48,689 bases of DNA, filler included, from Catajapyx aquilonaris (GCA_000934665.2; 3 parts of 3 records of this genome joined end to end with filler, not necessarily neighbours in it), one strand, 5' to 3'; shown: positions 25,022 through 37,007, counted from the whole stretch's first letter. Numbers and translations: made by a program. The notes: generated from the letters alone by a model not told the origin.

Positions 25022-28000
25022 ATGGACCACTTGTGCTTGGAAGAGTATTCGCGACCGATCGAGTATGATGTGCCGTTCGGGTAAGTGCTGGTGGCATTGT
25101 GCTGTCATATAGAAAAACCTCCTATGGCTATAGTCCACCCTCATGAGAACTCTTGTATTAATCTCGGCTTCTCTTCCTCCAAACGCCAGGCGTGCACGTG
25201 CTATCTGCTTGGATTACGTCCCGGAGAAGTTTGCGGCGTGGGTGGCAAAGCATGACGAATTGCAAGGCCTGCTCTACTTGCCTGACAGACAAGTGGATGA
25301 CGACTTGGAAAGGTAAGCTTGACGTGCCAGCCAAATTGGTCAGGTTGTTGTCTCCGATGCGGGGATTGCCAATACTATGAGTAACCGGACAATAATTAAT
25401 TGACTGTGTCCAGTTGGTGTTAACTTTTGTATGTGTGTTTTCTGTCGCGATTGGTTTAAAAAAAATAAAATCCCACATGATCATTTTGATAGGCCTGGTC
25501 TTCTGGATCAAATCCGCGTTGGGTTTCCGTGTCTGAGTAGGTCCTGCCAAACGGAAGATTGCCTGATCGGACAGCTCAAGGAAACGAGGGACATGCTCGC
25601 GGCAGCCATGAAGGTTAGTATATGTGAAGCGACACTCTAGTCTCCATATTGATGGTATGTTCATGCCGTTGGCTTACTGGCTCATTAGTAATATGTTGTG
25701 AAAGTTATTGCAATGCAGAGAATAGTGATGTGTTGGGCAGTGCTTTTAAACGTATTGCGTGGGAACACTGGCATTAAAGTAATGCCATTTTTGTAAATGT
25801 GACATTCCAGGGAATTGGTCTCGTAAGGGCTGAGGTTAACAACATCCGGAAAGTTTCCGCAACCGAGGTCTTCAATACAATGGACGAGTGCACCAGAATT
25901 TTGTGAGTAGGCTTGCCACGTTTGCACTTATTCCCAATAAATCGAAAAATAGCTATATGTCAGTACCTGAGTCTGGTCACACCGGAATTGAACCCGAGTC
26001 CACTTCGTCCCATTACAGTCTCCGGGATTGCTTCCGAAGAATAACTCAAGTGAACGAGAACTTCAGGAATCGATTTATGAATATAAGACATGTATTACAC
26101 GAGCAAGCCAATGAGTTCGTTACTGACTTTGCTGAAAGGATAGAGATGGAAGACTCCGACGGAGGGACCACGGTATGGCTCCGATTTCCTGATAATATTC
26201 ACATACTTTGATTTTTTTTAAAAAATGGTCCGAATCACGAATTGTTGTCATTACTGAGCAAGTTGGCAATGTTGCCGTAACTTGGAGCTCGTTCAAATGG
26301 GAGTGCGGTCAAGTGAATTTATGTGAGTTTGGGGATTTATTTTGTCAACTTCCTGTATACTGGCAGTGGTTGGTGAAAATAGGACACCTTCTGGACGATT
26401 CCGAAGATTGCCTTCAGGCGGTATGGAAGAACATGGTGAAAAATGTGAGCTTTTCTAGCTGCAGGAACAACATTAAGAGAATAGATGCCGTGCGACGGAG
26501 ACTGGCCCAGGTGATGTAGCCGACTCCAGATTTCTTACTGCATAATAATATAGTATATTATCCAGTGCAACCAGGAGCCATAGCCGTTTAGTTAGAAATT
26601 AAGTGTTGGAGTTCCTCAAGTTGAGAAATTAGCGTCAAGTAATTTGCATGTGTGCGTGTATGCATGTAAGAAATCGCAACATTTAATTCCCTTCTTTCTC
26701 ACAATGACAGAGAGACTATTTGCAAGGCGAGTTGGCTGGCATACACATCATCTCACAGGTCTTACCTCTTATCGAGGAAGGATTTCTGGAATTCGTGGAC
26801 ATCTTGAAGGCTTGCGGCCCCATTCCAGATCCGGAGGATCTGAAGGTATGGTGTTATATACAGCTACAGGAACGCATCTGAGCACAAAAAGGGGGTTGCG
26901 AAAAGTGGCGGTGTGGTAGGGAAACATTTTGCTCCCTTCCCGCTTCTGAGTATATAGCTAATGAAAATCCGAAGTTGACTGAAGCTTGAAGAGATTGCAA
27001 ATTAGCAACATTCTGACTAAATGCTGACCTGGAATTTATCGCAATCCAATTATTTTACATTTAATTGAATTTAGATTTAAATCATCCCTCATTAAGGGTC
27101 CAAAAAAAAGTGCATCGAACTAGTAAACTGGTTCCATTTCGATCATTTATTTATCATTAGTGTGAAAAATTGCCCCGAAGCAAGATGTGGCCAAGTTGAG
27201 AACATATCTTCTGCTTGAATTTTAAGGCTGGACCCAATGCAACATTGATTCTGAAGCTGAAGAAAGAGAAGCAAAGACTGAATGCGAGAGTCTTGGGACA
27301 CCTGAGGGGAACCACCTCAACTCGGTTGCAGTTGACCTTCCAGAAGCTGGACCACGAGGAAGCCAGTTGGAAGATTAAGACCGAAATTGAAGAGTTAGAA
27401 AGCGAAATTAGACTGGTAAGAAAACACCCCCCACCCCCATCACGTGCAGGCGACTATGCTAGCAATGTATGGTGTTCGTAAAGCCCTAGACGGCCTATAG
27501 AGCCTAGACCTAGAATTAGAGACTACATCATGGTCACGTAAAGGCTGCACTTTTCCTGATGCCTGCATTCCGAAAGTAAAATAATATTAATAATAATAAA
27601 TCAGTGAAAGTGCATATTCAAGTTTTTTCACGTGGTCTTTATCTTTCATACGTATGATATGCAAACATCAATGATGGTACAAGTAGTGTCATCACATACA
27701 GTAGGTCAAAAGTATTACGTATTTTTTACTCGTTTACGTAATCATTAAGAGTAAGAACAATATGTATTGACTGTCAACTGGTCTCCTTTTCAGGAAGCTC
27801 TTCTCAAGCAAATCAAGTCCAAGCAGAAGAAGAAAAAAGGAGTGTAAGATTATTTTTCTGAATTAGAAGATGCAATATAAGTAGTTAAGTGCGCCTTCTA
27901 ACAGTGGTTAATATGTCTCTCTATACATTAAAAGGTCGGGCAAAAAGAAAGCGAAGAAGCCGATGGAGCAGAAATGGAAAAAGCTATACCAGTACAGGTC

Positions 28001-29950
28001 GCCGCCGAAGGAGAGGCGTCACACAACTCCGGCAGCCTTCGACAGAGATGATGCAGAGATGAGGGATCTGTGGCTCGGGCCAGCTAGAGCCTCGAAGAGG
28101 TCGGGTGTGCCGGAATCAAAAGCGGCAACGAGGAAACCTGCCGAGATGGACAGCTCAAAGGCTGCAGTCATGGGTGTCCCGAAGGAAAGTGTCCAGACAG
28201 GCGTTGTGAAGCCGAGGCCAGATGCTGCAAAAGAAATGAAGCCGAAACCACCACCACCACACACCAAGGGCGATTCCAAGGCGGAAGAGACGAGCGTGGC
28301 CAGCGATTCCACGTGGCATTCTGGCAAGTCGAAAGCCAGCACCTGGAGCAAAGAGAAGATGGCACCGAGGAAACCAAGGAAAGCCAGGGAGCAAGACACG
28401 AAGGTGGAAGGAGAGGTCCCACTCGCATTGGAAGCGTTGGGTCGTCCGAAACCAAGCAGGAAGCCAGAAACCAAGATGCAAAGGAAGTTCCGACTCGCAG
28501 AGGAAGCGAAGTGGCGGCGGAAGTTGGAGGAGGACGCGGAGATGGACGAACCCCTGTGGTTGGCTCTCCGTCATGCCACAGTCTCAGAGGAAGAATCCAC
28601 CCCGGAGGAGGACATGGCAGCCCTGGAGGAGGACGTGGCGGCCCTGGAGGAGGACCTGGCCATCCTGGAGGAGCAACTGGAGGAAGTAGACTGGATGGAA
28701 GCTCGAGAGGAGGTGAAACACCCCAGACGACACACGGTCCCTAGATTTCCTCCTCTCCTTCGCCGCGTGGGGCCTTCCTTCTCTGGCGAAGAGGACGAAG
28801 AGGAACAACAACCCGTGGGGCTCGTCCACGTGGCCACCATGACCGACGGGCCTGATGCCACTGAATCGGAGGAGTCCGTTAGCTACCAACACGAATGGGA
28901 AAGCAGCGACTGGGCTTGCGGCTTGGAGCTGGGGGAGATCAGGGGACATGCCATGCCTGTCCGACGTGACCGACCGGCCTCTCCCCGTTGGCGTGATGAA
29001 ATGAGAGCCAAATCAAGGCGCCGCGCTCTCATCGTGTGGGACAAAATCCAGCCTATGGAACAGTTGACAAGGTGCAGACATAGCCCCATCTCACTTTTGA
29101 GGGGGAAAAAAAAGTGCAACTGCAACGCATGTAGTGAGGTCGAGCTACTGTGGCCGCCCCCATGCTAAAGGGGGGATTTTAATTTGCCATGTCCAGACTT
29201 TTATTTAATTTTTTTACAGTTACTGCTGTTAGTAACTCTTATCGATAAGTGAGACCGCTGCACAATGCATTTCAAGCCATATATTTTATGTCATTGTTGC
29301 CTAGGGCTCTGGATGACGGCGACACGTTCGTCTACGCGATACCAGCATTATTGGACAGAAAGGACGGCAAGCGCAGAAGGGACAAGCAGAAGGGACAAAA
29401 CGTGGTGAATGTGTTGGAGGGGTTGGACACAATTGATTTGTCCAGAGTGAAGATCAAGTGGGACAAACTGAGCAAGCCGGAGGACACTAGGCCCCCAGTG
29501 TTCACCGGGATCAAAGTGCCCGAGGAGGTAGACTAAATCAATTATGTATTATTTTTTTTTAAAGCGGTCCCTCGCATGTGTACAGGAGTGTTGTGGGTAA
29601 TGGAGCAAGGTTCCACGATTATCTTGTTTCAGAAGAAAGAGCAGAAGCTTCCTATGGTGGTGATAGGAGAGCGCGATTGGCTGATTCAGTGTTGCGCCCT
29701 GCGACATATGGCCATGTCGCGTCGGGAGAGCCAGATGAGTCCAGTTAACATTGGAACACGCTTCGGTGCCATTCTGAACAAAGTGGCTCCGGCCTATGAG
29801 GTATGCACAAGCAATCGTATATGTCTGAAAAACAATGGTATTCGTACACTGAAGCAAAATATTGCAAAATATTTTCAGGAGCTTCCTGACCAAAAGCCGA
29901 TCGGCGTGCATAAGGTGACCTTCCCCAAAAGGCGACGTAAATGCGGCTGA
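25022..29950 (+). CDS. 13-exon gene, copy 2; 888-aa paralog of 19771-24326
   Basis: Exons 25022-25080, 25190-25312, 25493-25613, 25811-25902, 26019-26172, 26367-26510, 26711-26845, 27227-27415, 27794-27843, 27935-29071, 29305-29527, 29633-29800, 29879-29950; GT-AG, open 2667-nt frame (MDHLCLEEYSRPIEYDVPFGRARAICLDY...HKVTFPKRRRKCG*). Confidence 0.88.
28605..28667 (+). repeat. Coding minisatellite, 3 x 21 bp (EEDxAAL heptads)
   Basis: Paralogous to 22984-23067 with one fewer unit. Confidence 0.9.
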
Positions 29951-30400
29951 TTAGAAGGAAGGGACGGAGGGGGGGAATAGTGAAATTACTTTATGTAACC
30001 ATTGCGATTCAATGGCATTTTAGACAGGTTACAGTTGCTGTTGGTTTATTAATTATGTTTATTTATTTATTAATTATTATTTTTTGCTGTCCTAAGCAAC
30101 TGGTGCCCTCTAATGCCTTTGATGATTTGGTACACATAGTCAGTTTCATTCCGTTTTTATACGACTACACGGGAGGATTGGAAGAGCAGACAATGGCATT
30201 CTTTATCATGCCGCGTCAGGCGATTATCCAAAGACATATCGCCATGTATCTCTGTGTATATTACATAAACCAGATTTAATTAAATCGGGAATTTTGTTTG
30301 TGAGTTTGAACGGGCAGGTCTATTCAGAGCTATAGCTGCAACTTGGCCCACCTGCTGTGGCTGAACCAATTCTTCGCTCTGCAATATTGAAGAAGGAAAC

Positions 30401-30510
30401 CCCGTTGCCATGGTGTCCCTGTTGCCATGGTAAACCCGTTGCTGTGGTAAACCCCGTTACCAGGCATTGCCGTGATTACCATTTGATATGGACCCCCGTT
30501 GCCATGTTCC
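30401..30510. promoter_or_regulatory. Degenerate ~17-bp tandem repeat made of X-box-like (RFX) motifs
   Basis: GTTGCCATGGTGTC, GTTGCCATGGTAAAC, GTTGCTGTGGTAAAC, GTTACCAGG, GTTGCCATG; compare X-box consensus GTTGCCATGGCAAC. Confidence 0.4.
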
Positions 30511-30633
30511 GGAACCATCAGGGAGGAAGGGCGTATCATAACACTGTATTACATATTTTCAAATAATGTCAAGACCACTATCACACATTATTTATTTTCT
30601 CCTCCATTTCTTGATAATGGCAGGGAGCATATA

Positions 30634-30972
30634 CTGCATAAGAGGCGCAAACATTCGATTTCCGCGTCTCTCTGTTTGGGGCGTTGCCAAGGCTGGAAGC
30701 CATTTTGAAGTGTGGGCAAGGCCAACGAGGTATAAATAGGGTACAGGCAAAGATAGGGTCCGCCATCTTTGATTCGCGCGTGTTCTGGCCGTGTAGTTGC
30801 CACGGCCGCCAAAACCATCAAAGATGGCGGACCCTATTTTTGCCTGTACCCTATTTATACCTCGTTGGCGTTACCCACACTTCAAGATGGCCGCCAGCCT
30901 TGGCAACGGCCCCAAACAGAGAGACGCGAACATCAAAGGCGCCGACAGAATAAGTTTGCGCCTCTTATGTAG
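30634..30972. mobile_element. Palindromic MITE, 339 bp, TA target duplication
   Basis: TA|CTGCATAAGAGGCGCAAAC ... GTTTGCGCCTCTTATGTAG|TA; arms complementary over most of their length. Confidence 0.9.
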
Positions 30973-32424
30973 TAGGCCTGATAATGGGCACAGCAGTAAT
31001 AATAGTTGGACTTGAACTTGCTACTGTTTGCCAATAAGAAATATTATTGTGTGTTGGCACAATCACGGCAACTTTTATTCACTTTCATATTATTTGGAAG
31101 TTTCCAAGATAATTTGTGGAGGAATTTTGTATGAAATTTGATGATGATCCTATTTGTCGCTGTTGTTGCTGACACTTTATGGCCGATAGAATCCTATGGT
31201 AGGGTTGAATTTGAAATGTGAAACTATTGTGTTATATTACACATAATTATTTAAAAGGTCAAAATATGACTGCATTGGTAAGCTGGAGACACAGATTTTG
31301 GAGGGGAGCTAGGGAAGGCGCATTTTCAGGGTTCTTTTTGTCTGTCTGGCTGGAAGGAGGAAGAAGAGAAGGACGCCCTTTTTTTTGTGGGCCAGGGAGG
31401 AGTCATGGATGGCGGGAGGCAAAGGTTGAGCAGGGGCTGAAAACTTGCCTTCTTGGTAAAGGGTGGTTCCCATGCTAGGTCTCCATATAGGCTACACCAG
31501 GATGGATGGGGACAGCAAAAACTATTATCACTGGTACTAAATGTAAATTTATACAGTCAGTCTAGATACGTATATTTTTGGTGGAGAAATTATCTCCCCA
31601 AGCTCAGAGGGTATAAAAAAATTCGGCCAAACATTAGCATTATGTCCAGCCGGGAAAACTTTTTCGGAACTGGTTAGTGGGGACAGTAATATGGCGTAGC
31701 TGCATGGGTCTTGTGGCCGAAAAGACAGTTTTCACTCTTTTCAGCCCCTCAACCATGCCACCATCCATTCCTCCATGGCCTAATTGCCCTTCTCATGTTC
31801 CTCCCTATAGAGGTCCAGGCAGAAAGAAAAAAAGCCCCGAAAATTCGTCCTCCCCAACTCAAAAGCGGTGACGCCAGCTTGCCTTTTATGCAGTAGTTAT
31901 ATTTTGACAAAATTATTTTATTCTTTGCCAAAAAACTATATACAGTAGCTAGATTATTAAAATAGAGCTCTAACGTCAGGAACGCCTATTTTTTGGGCAC
32001 ATTTTGGTGCTTGTTCAATTTTGCAGTGGTCAGCAATAATTCTTATTGGAAGTTGAATGACATTATGTGAAAAGGGGAAATTAGGTTTTCTCCCTCAGTC
32101 GGAGTTGAGATTGTGCTTTTCTTTGCCTTTGAAATGGCCACATCAAGCCCTACCAGAATTTTTATCTGATTTTTTTTCTCACAACATTTGGCACATTATA
32201 GATAAATTTTTTAAAAAAATCAAATATTGAGCACAAAAAGCATTAATAAAATTATTAATGCTCATGGTTGCCCAATGTTGCAACACATCAAATAAGGTAC
32301 GGAACAGTATTACAATGTGGCATCATGAGAGAGGGAGTACGCACTATACTAATCCTTTAAGCCCCGCCCCCTTTTGCATCCTTTCTTATACCCCGAGGCT
32401 ATACATTTATTTATCACCTTGTAC

Positions 32425-32524
32425 NNNNNNNNNNNNNNNNNNNNNNNNNNNNNNNNNNNNNNNNNNNNTTAATTAATTAANNNNNNNNNNNNNNNNNNNN
32501 NNNNNNNNNNNNNNNNNNNNNNNN
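32425..32524. other. 100-bp scaffold gap containing artificial TTAATTAATTAA linker
   Basis: N44-TTAATTAATTAA-N44. Confidence 0.97.
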
Positions 32525-33416
32525 GTTCTGGAAACGTTGTCCCATGCGACTCTTCCTCAGCTTATAATTTTGTGATTAAAGGAGTGACTACAGCTCAGTG
32601 GGGTGCAGCTCCATGGATGCACTTCCCTGGGTAGTTGAGGATGTTAATCAGTGTTTTGCTTAAAACAAATCTTAAAATAGATGAGTGAAAATCAGAAAAA
32701 GGCTCAAGGGACAAGTTGCCACGGCGTTACTGATGCAATGCTCTCTCCCAATTAGCATACAAGTGCGAGACCGACCAAATATGTTTGGCACCCAGCATGG
32801 GGGCCTCAGTTAAGTGTCATTAATTTGACCTCTTCTATTATAGCATACATTAATTACGTTATCACTAGAAGTGTGCTTGCGCATTTTGTTATTTGGAGCA
32901 AAATGGGATTACAGAGTACTAACTTGTAAATAAAGACATGATGCATGCGACATAGATTTACACTCTCATCATCATTCTGTTCATTCAATATTCTGAACCT
33001 TCCATCTTCCATCTGCAGCCACGCGCCCAGTAGCCGCAACCATAATGTGGTAAGTCAGTTAACATTTTCTGATGATGTTATATTCAGTTATAAATAAAAT
33101 GTATCTCTAAAATTGAGATGCTGCTAGATAAAATAGAATAGAATCGAAATTATAATGGTGTCTAGCACCTATAGTCTACTGTGTTGATTTTTAAAAGGGA
33201 AGAAAATGCATAATTTCAGAGAATGTCAGGAAGGATAGATGTAGGGGAATGTAGCTGCAGGGGAAGATGGTTTTTATTGGAGGTTGTTCCTAATTACATT
33301 AGATGAAAAAGTTCAACACTTGTATCGTGTGCGGCCGGGAAAGGATGCCAAATCAGCATCAGCGTCGATCTTAATAAGTGATCTGGATGCACTTCATGCA
33401 CTTCAGAGTAACTAAA

Positions 33417-33580
33417 ATGAGCGAGTCACCAATGAAGTTGTTTTATGTGCAGTGGGACACTAACATCAATTCGTGAACTCTTAATGCATATGGATGTGCA
33501 CCACAAACTTAGAGGACCATTCACCTGTGGTCAGGGGCAGTGCTCCAGGGACTTCCAGAATGTACGTTCGTTTCGACGAT
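33417..33580 (+). pseudogene. Double C2H2 zinc-finger relic (resembles N-terminus of animal EnSpm/CACTA transposases), copy 1
   Basis: MSESPMK/CFMCSGTLTSIRELLMHMDVHHKLRGPFTCGQGQCSRDFQNVRSFRR with +1 frameshift after MK; second finger truncated. Confidence 0.6.
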
Positions 33581-33852
33581 TTCAGCAGCCAACAACTCGT
33601 CTTAAGTGCAGGGTGGGTGAACCGTGAGTACATCAAAAAATTATTGTAGTGTTTTTCGCAATATTTTGTGGGCAGTGATTTGATAGTGCATTTTGCAACT
33701 GGTTCGCATCAATATTTGCAAATTGACAGCACTCATTGGGAGCGTGGTAATTGCCACTAAAACACACAAAAATAACTAGTGAGTAGTACGTGCATATCGA
33801 TTTTTGCTGTTTCCTAGTATAATTCTGTAGTTATTAGATACCCGTACTATCG

Positions 33853-33970
33853 AAGCAGGTTGGCATAGTGGATAGGGCGTCCGACTGCTAATCGGCAGGT
33901 CCTGGGTTCGAATCCGGGGCCGGCAACCCTGACCGTGGTTTTCTGTGGTTTTCCACGGTCTTCCTAGGAT
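33853..33970 (+). mobile_element. tRNA-derived SINE head
   Basis: A box TGGCATAGTGG (33861), anticodon-like arm CCGA-CTGCTAA-TCGG, B box GGTTCGAATCC (33905), followed by GTGGTTTTCTGTGGTTTTCC body motif common in arthropod SINEs; 3' end undefined. Confidence 0.8.
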
Positions 33971-36530
33971 AAGATATCTCAGTCTCTTATTACTCAAATA
34001 ATAATGCTGCGATGTAGATTCCAGTGGTATTTATTCATTCTAATGACATTATTAATGTGGTTTAGGGTCGGACTGCCGCGTCACCGCCCAACCGTGCCGT
34101 CTCAGCTGCCAACGGGTCCACCTCCTGTCCTGGAAGGAGTCCCTCCAAGGTGAGTTGCTCATTGGCACATGAAGTGTTTTGGCACGGATCGTTTGGCACC
34201 AGAAGTGACTAATTCGACTATATTATTGAAACCATCAATATTGCTCTTTATACGCCAGTATTTAGGCCCCAGTATATTACCCCAAATTGCTACATGGGGC
34301 AGTGAAAGGGAAATTAAAGGTAGAAGTGAATTGAATGCACTTGAACAGGAACGAATTAGAGTTGAATAAAATAACAGAAAGGGAATGGTGTAGTAGTAAT
34401 GACAACGAATTGAAGTTGAACGGAATAGAATAATTGAATCAGCTGCAACTACCAAGACCTTAGTGGAACCAAGAGCTAATAAGGTGGAACTGAATGGAAA
34501 TTATAGCCTACCCATCTCTGATTTAACTAATCAGTGGTCATGTTAGTCACAGTCATTCTACGAGTATATAATTATCTGTTTGGATTCATGAAATCTCACA
34601 TTTTCCTCACTTTTATAACACTGATGCATATATCTGGGTTGGTGCAATGGGTCCCAAGTCCACTTGTGTTTGAAGAGGGAATAATCCAGTCGTGGACCGC
34701 CTTGTTCCTCTTCAGAAACAACAACTGGGAGCAACGTTTGCCTCATTCATGGAAATATTTCTTTCCCCCTTAGAATTGCAACATGGCCACCAGGAGTTAC
34801 CGGCGGCTGCAGTTCCTGCGAGCCTTCAATCTGCCGTCGGGACTCTGGTGGGAGCCTGACTCCCCTCGAATGCAGCAGCACCAGCAGCAGGCACTGCAGG
34901 TGATTACATAGACAATAAGTAACAGCTGCTGATAAGTCAGGAGGAGGAGTGACTCTTGGGGATGAGTGTCAGATGGATGACACTACTGGGGAAACTAATG
35001 CGAAATATTTTCCAGTGGCAGTTTTTTCTCACTTAATCCTGGCGATATTTTTAATCCACAGCCACGCCAAGCAGGGGTCGTCGCTGCGGCCTTGCGGATG
35101 AGCTCGGGGTCAGTAGCGGCGGCCCAGAAGCGGAGGCGGGAGGCAATGCAGGTGAGTACCTCCTTGGCACACACAGGATGACGCATAAATAAAATAAAAG
35201 AACTCGTGGAGTTTGTTGGCTCCTCGTTGCGGGTGACTAAAGTAAAATAACATTATGACATTGGTAGTCTGACATGGCTTGATTTGTTGAGTGGGAGGAA
35301 ATGGAGGAAGAATCAGTCGGGGACCATGTCATCGGTTGTATTAGTGTCAAAAAAAAGGGGGTTGGAATCAGATTTTGCGTGGATATCGCCCATTTCTGAA
35401 ATGGTCAAAGAAGGCAGAAGAATAATCGTTGTGACACTGAGGAAACTAATATGATATGTTTTCCAGCATTTAAAGTTCACACTAACATTATGAATGCATT
35501 TTTAGGCCGCCCCAACAACAGCCAGCAATGACTAACCATACTGCACCCTTCCTGGTTCTCATTTTGCGCCACCAAGTGTGCACAGCATCAGCAGCATCAC
35601 TGCTTGCTGCTGGTGTTGCAAAAATGAGAATGGATCAATCCCAAGCCGCCAAGCAAAGAGAATTGAATCTATATTTACAATACTGGGGAGATTGTCCTCG
35701 AAAAACTATGCAACAATGTACAAGTGCATTGCTACCAGAGAAAGAAACAGATTCGCAAATTAATTGCATTATGAATATTTTAGTGACATCTAACTCCATA
35801 ACTTGAATCATTTTTTGGGTAGACAAGCCACGAAGTTACTGATGCAATGCTCTCTCCCAATTAGCATACGAGTGCGAGACCGACCAAATATGTTTGCCAC
35901 CCAGCATGGGGGCCTCAGTTGAGTGTCATTAATTTGACCTCTTCTATTATAGCATACATTAATTAAGTTATGCCTAGTGTGCTTGCACATTTTGTTATTT
36001 GGAGCAAAATGGGAAAAGATTACAGAGTACTTGTAAATAAAGACATGATGCATGCGACATAGATTTACACTCTTATCATCTGTTCATTCAATATTCTGAA
36101 CCTGGTTTTCGTCCATCTGCAGCCACCCACATAGACACCGTAACAGCCACAGCCACTACAGCCACTGCAACAGCATCAATAATGTGGTAAGTCACTTGAG
36201 ATTTTCTGATGTTATATTCAGTTATAAATAAAATGTATCTCTAAAATTGAGCGTTGTAAGATGCTGCTAGATAAAATAGAACCGAAATTATAATGGTTTC
36301 TAGCACCTACTATTTTAAATAGGAAGAAAATGCATAATTTCAGAGAATGTCAGGAAGGATAGATTTAGCTGCAGGGGAACATGGTTTTTATTGGAAGTTG
36401 TTCCTAATTACATTAGATGAAAAAGTTCAACACTTGTACGGTGTGTGGCCGGGAAAAGATGCCAAATAAGCATCAGTGTCGATCTTAATAAGTGATCTGG
36501 ATGCACTTCATGCACTTCAGAGTAACTAAA

Positions 36531-36738
36531 ATGAGTGAGTCACCAATGAAGTTGTTTTATGTGCAGTGGGACACTAACATCAATTCGTGAACTCTTAATG
36601 CATATGGATGTGCACCACAAACTTAGAGGACCATTCACCTGTGGTCAGAGGCAGTGCTCCAGGAACTTCCAGAATGTACGTTCGTTTCGACGACATTTGC
36701 GCAAGCGTCAGCAATCAAAAAACAATACTCGTATGTAG
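36531..36738 (+). pseudogene. Double C2H2 zinc-finger relic, copy 2
   Basis: Same frameshift as copy 1; second finger CGQRQCSRNFQNVRSFRRHLRKR. Confidence 0.6.
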
Positions 36739-36967
36739 TTCTCAACAAGCACCTGTGTGTGTAACAACATGCGCCCCACAGGCATCAGTGGTACTGGTAT
36801 GTAACAAGCAAGATGCACAAGAAAATACATCAACTGAAAGTGATACACCTTGTGTGATGAATCCATTCTTAACGCTGAAGAAGTACACAGTAAAAATAAT
36901 GAGGAACTATTGTACGGACATTATTTTGTCTTGTAACACTTTGTATTATGTATTTATGTAGATTCGT

Positions 36968-37007
36968 CCCCGCCTGACGAAGGCGATGGCCAGAAACAGC
37001 TGTAGGG
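36968..37007 (+). ncRNA. Minimal type I hammerhead ribozyme-like motif (Penelope-type)
   Basis: CC-CUGACGA-A-GGC(GAUG)GCC-A-GAAAC-AGCU-GUA-GGG: both core boxes, short stem II, palindromic stem III ACAGCUGU, GUA cleavage triplet. Confidence 0.65.

Larger units (their letters stand above)
19690..30302 (+). repeat. Tandem segmental duplication, units ~19690-24660 and ~24937-30302
   Basis: Colinear similarity of exons, introns and 3' flank (GTATCCATGGAAAAAA at both starts; AATTTTGTTTGTG at both ends). Confidence 0.93.

Noticed and set aside
19771..29950. Endogenous virus or Polinton cassette of small genes
   Set aside because: The small ORFs splice into one host-style 13-exon gene per copy; no polB, ATPase, capsid or integrase motifs.
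22984..30510. CRISPR-like array
   Set aside because: The 21-, 30- and 17-bp repeats are contiguous without unique spacers; no cas genes; eukaryotic context.
31190..32160. Possible DNA-transposon remnant (GGTAGGG...CCCTACC)
   Set aside because: Only short inverted similarity; no definable TIR or TSD.
33853..33925. tRNA-Ser(GCT)-like gene
   Set aside because: Poor acceptor stem, no long variable arm, continues into a SINE body motif.
34064..34160. HDV-like ribozyme candidate (TCCACCTCCTGTCCTGGA)
   Set aside because: Could not build the P1/P2/P3 nested pseudoknot or find J4/2.
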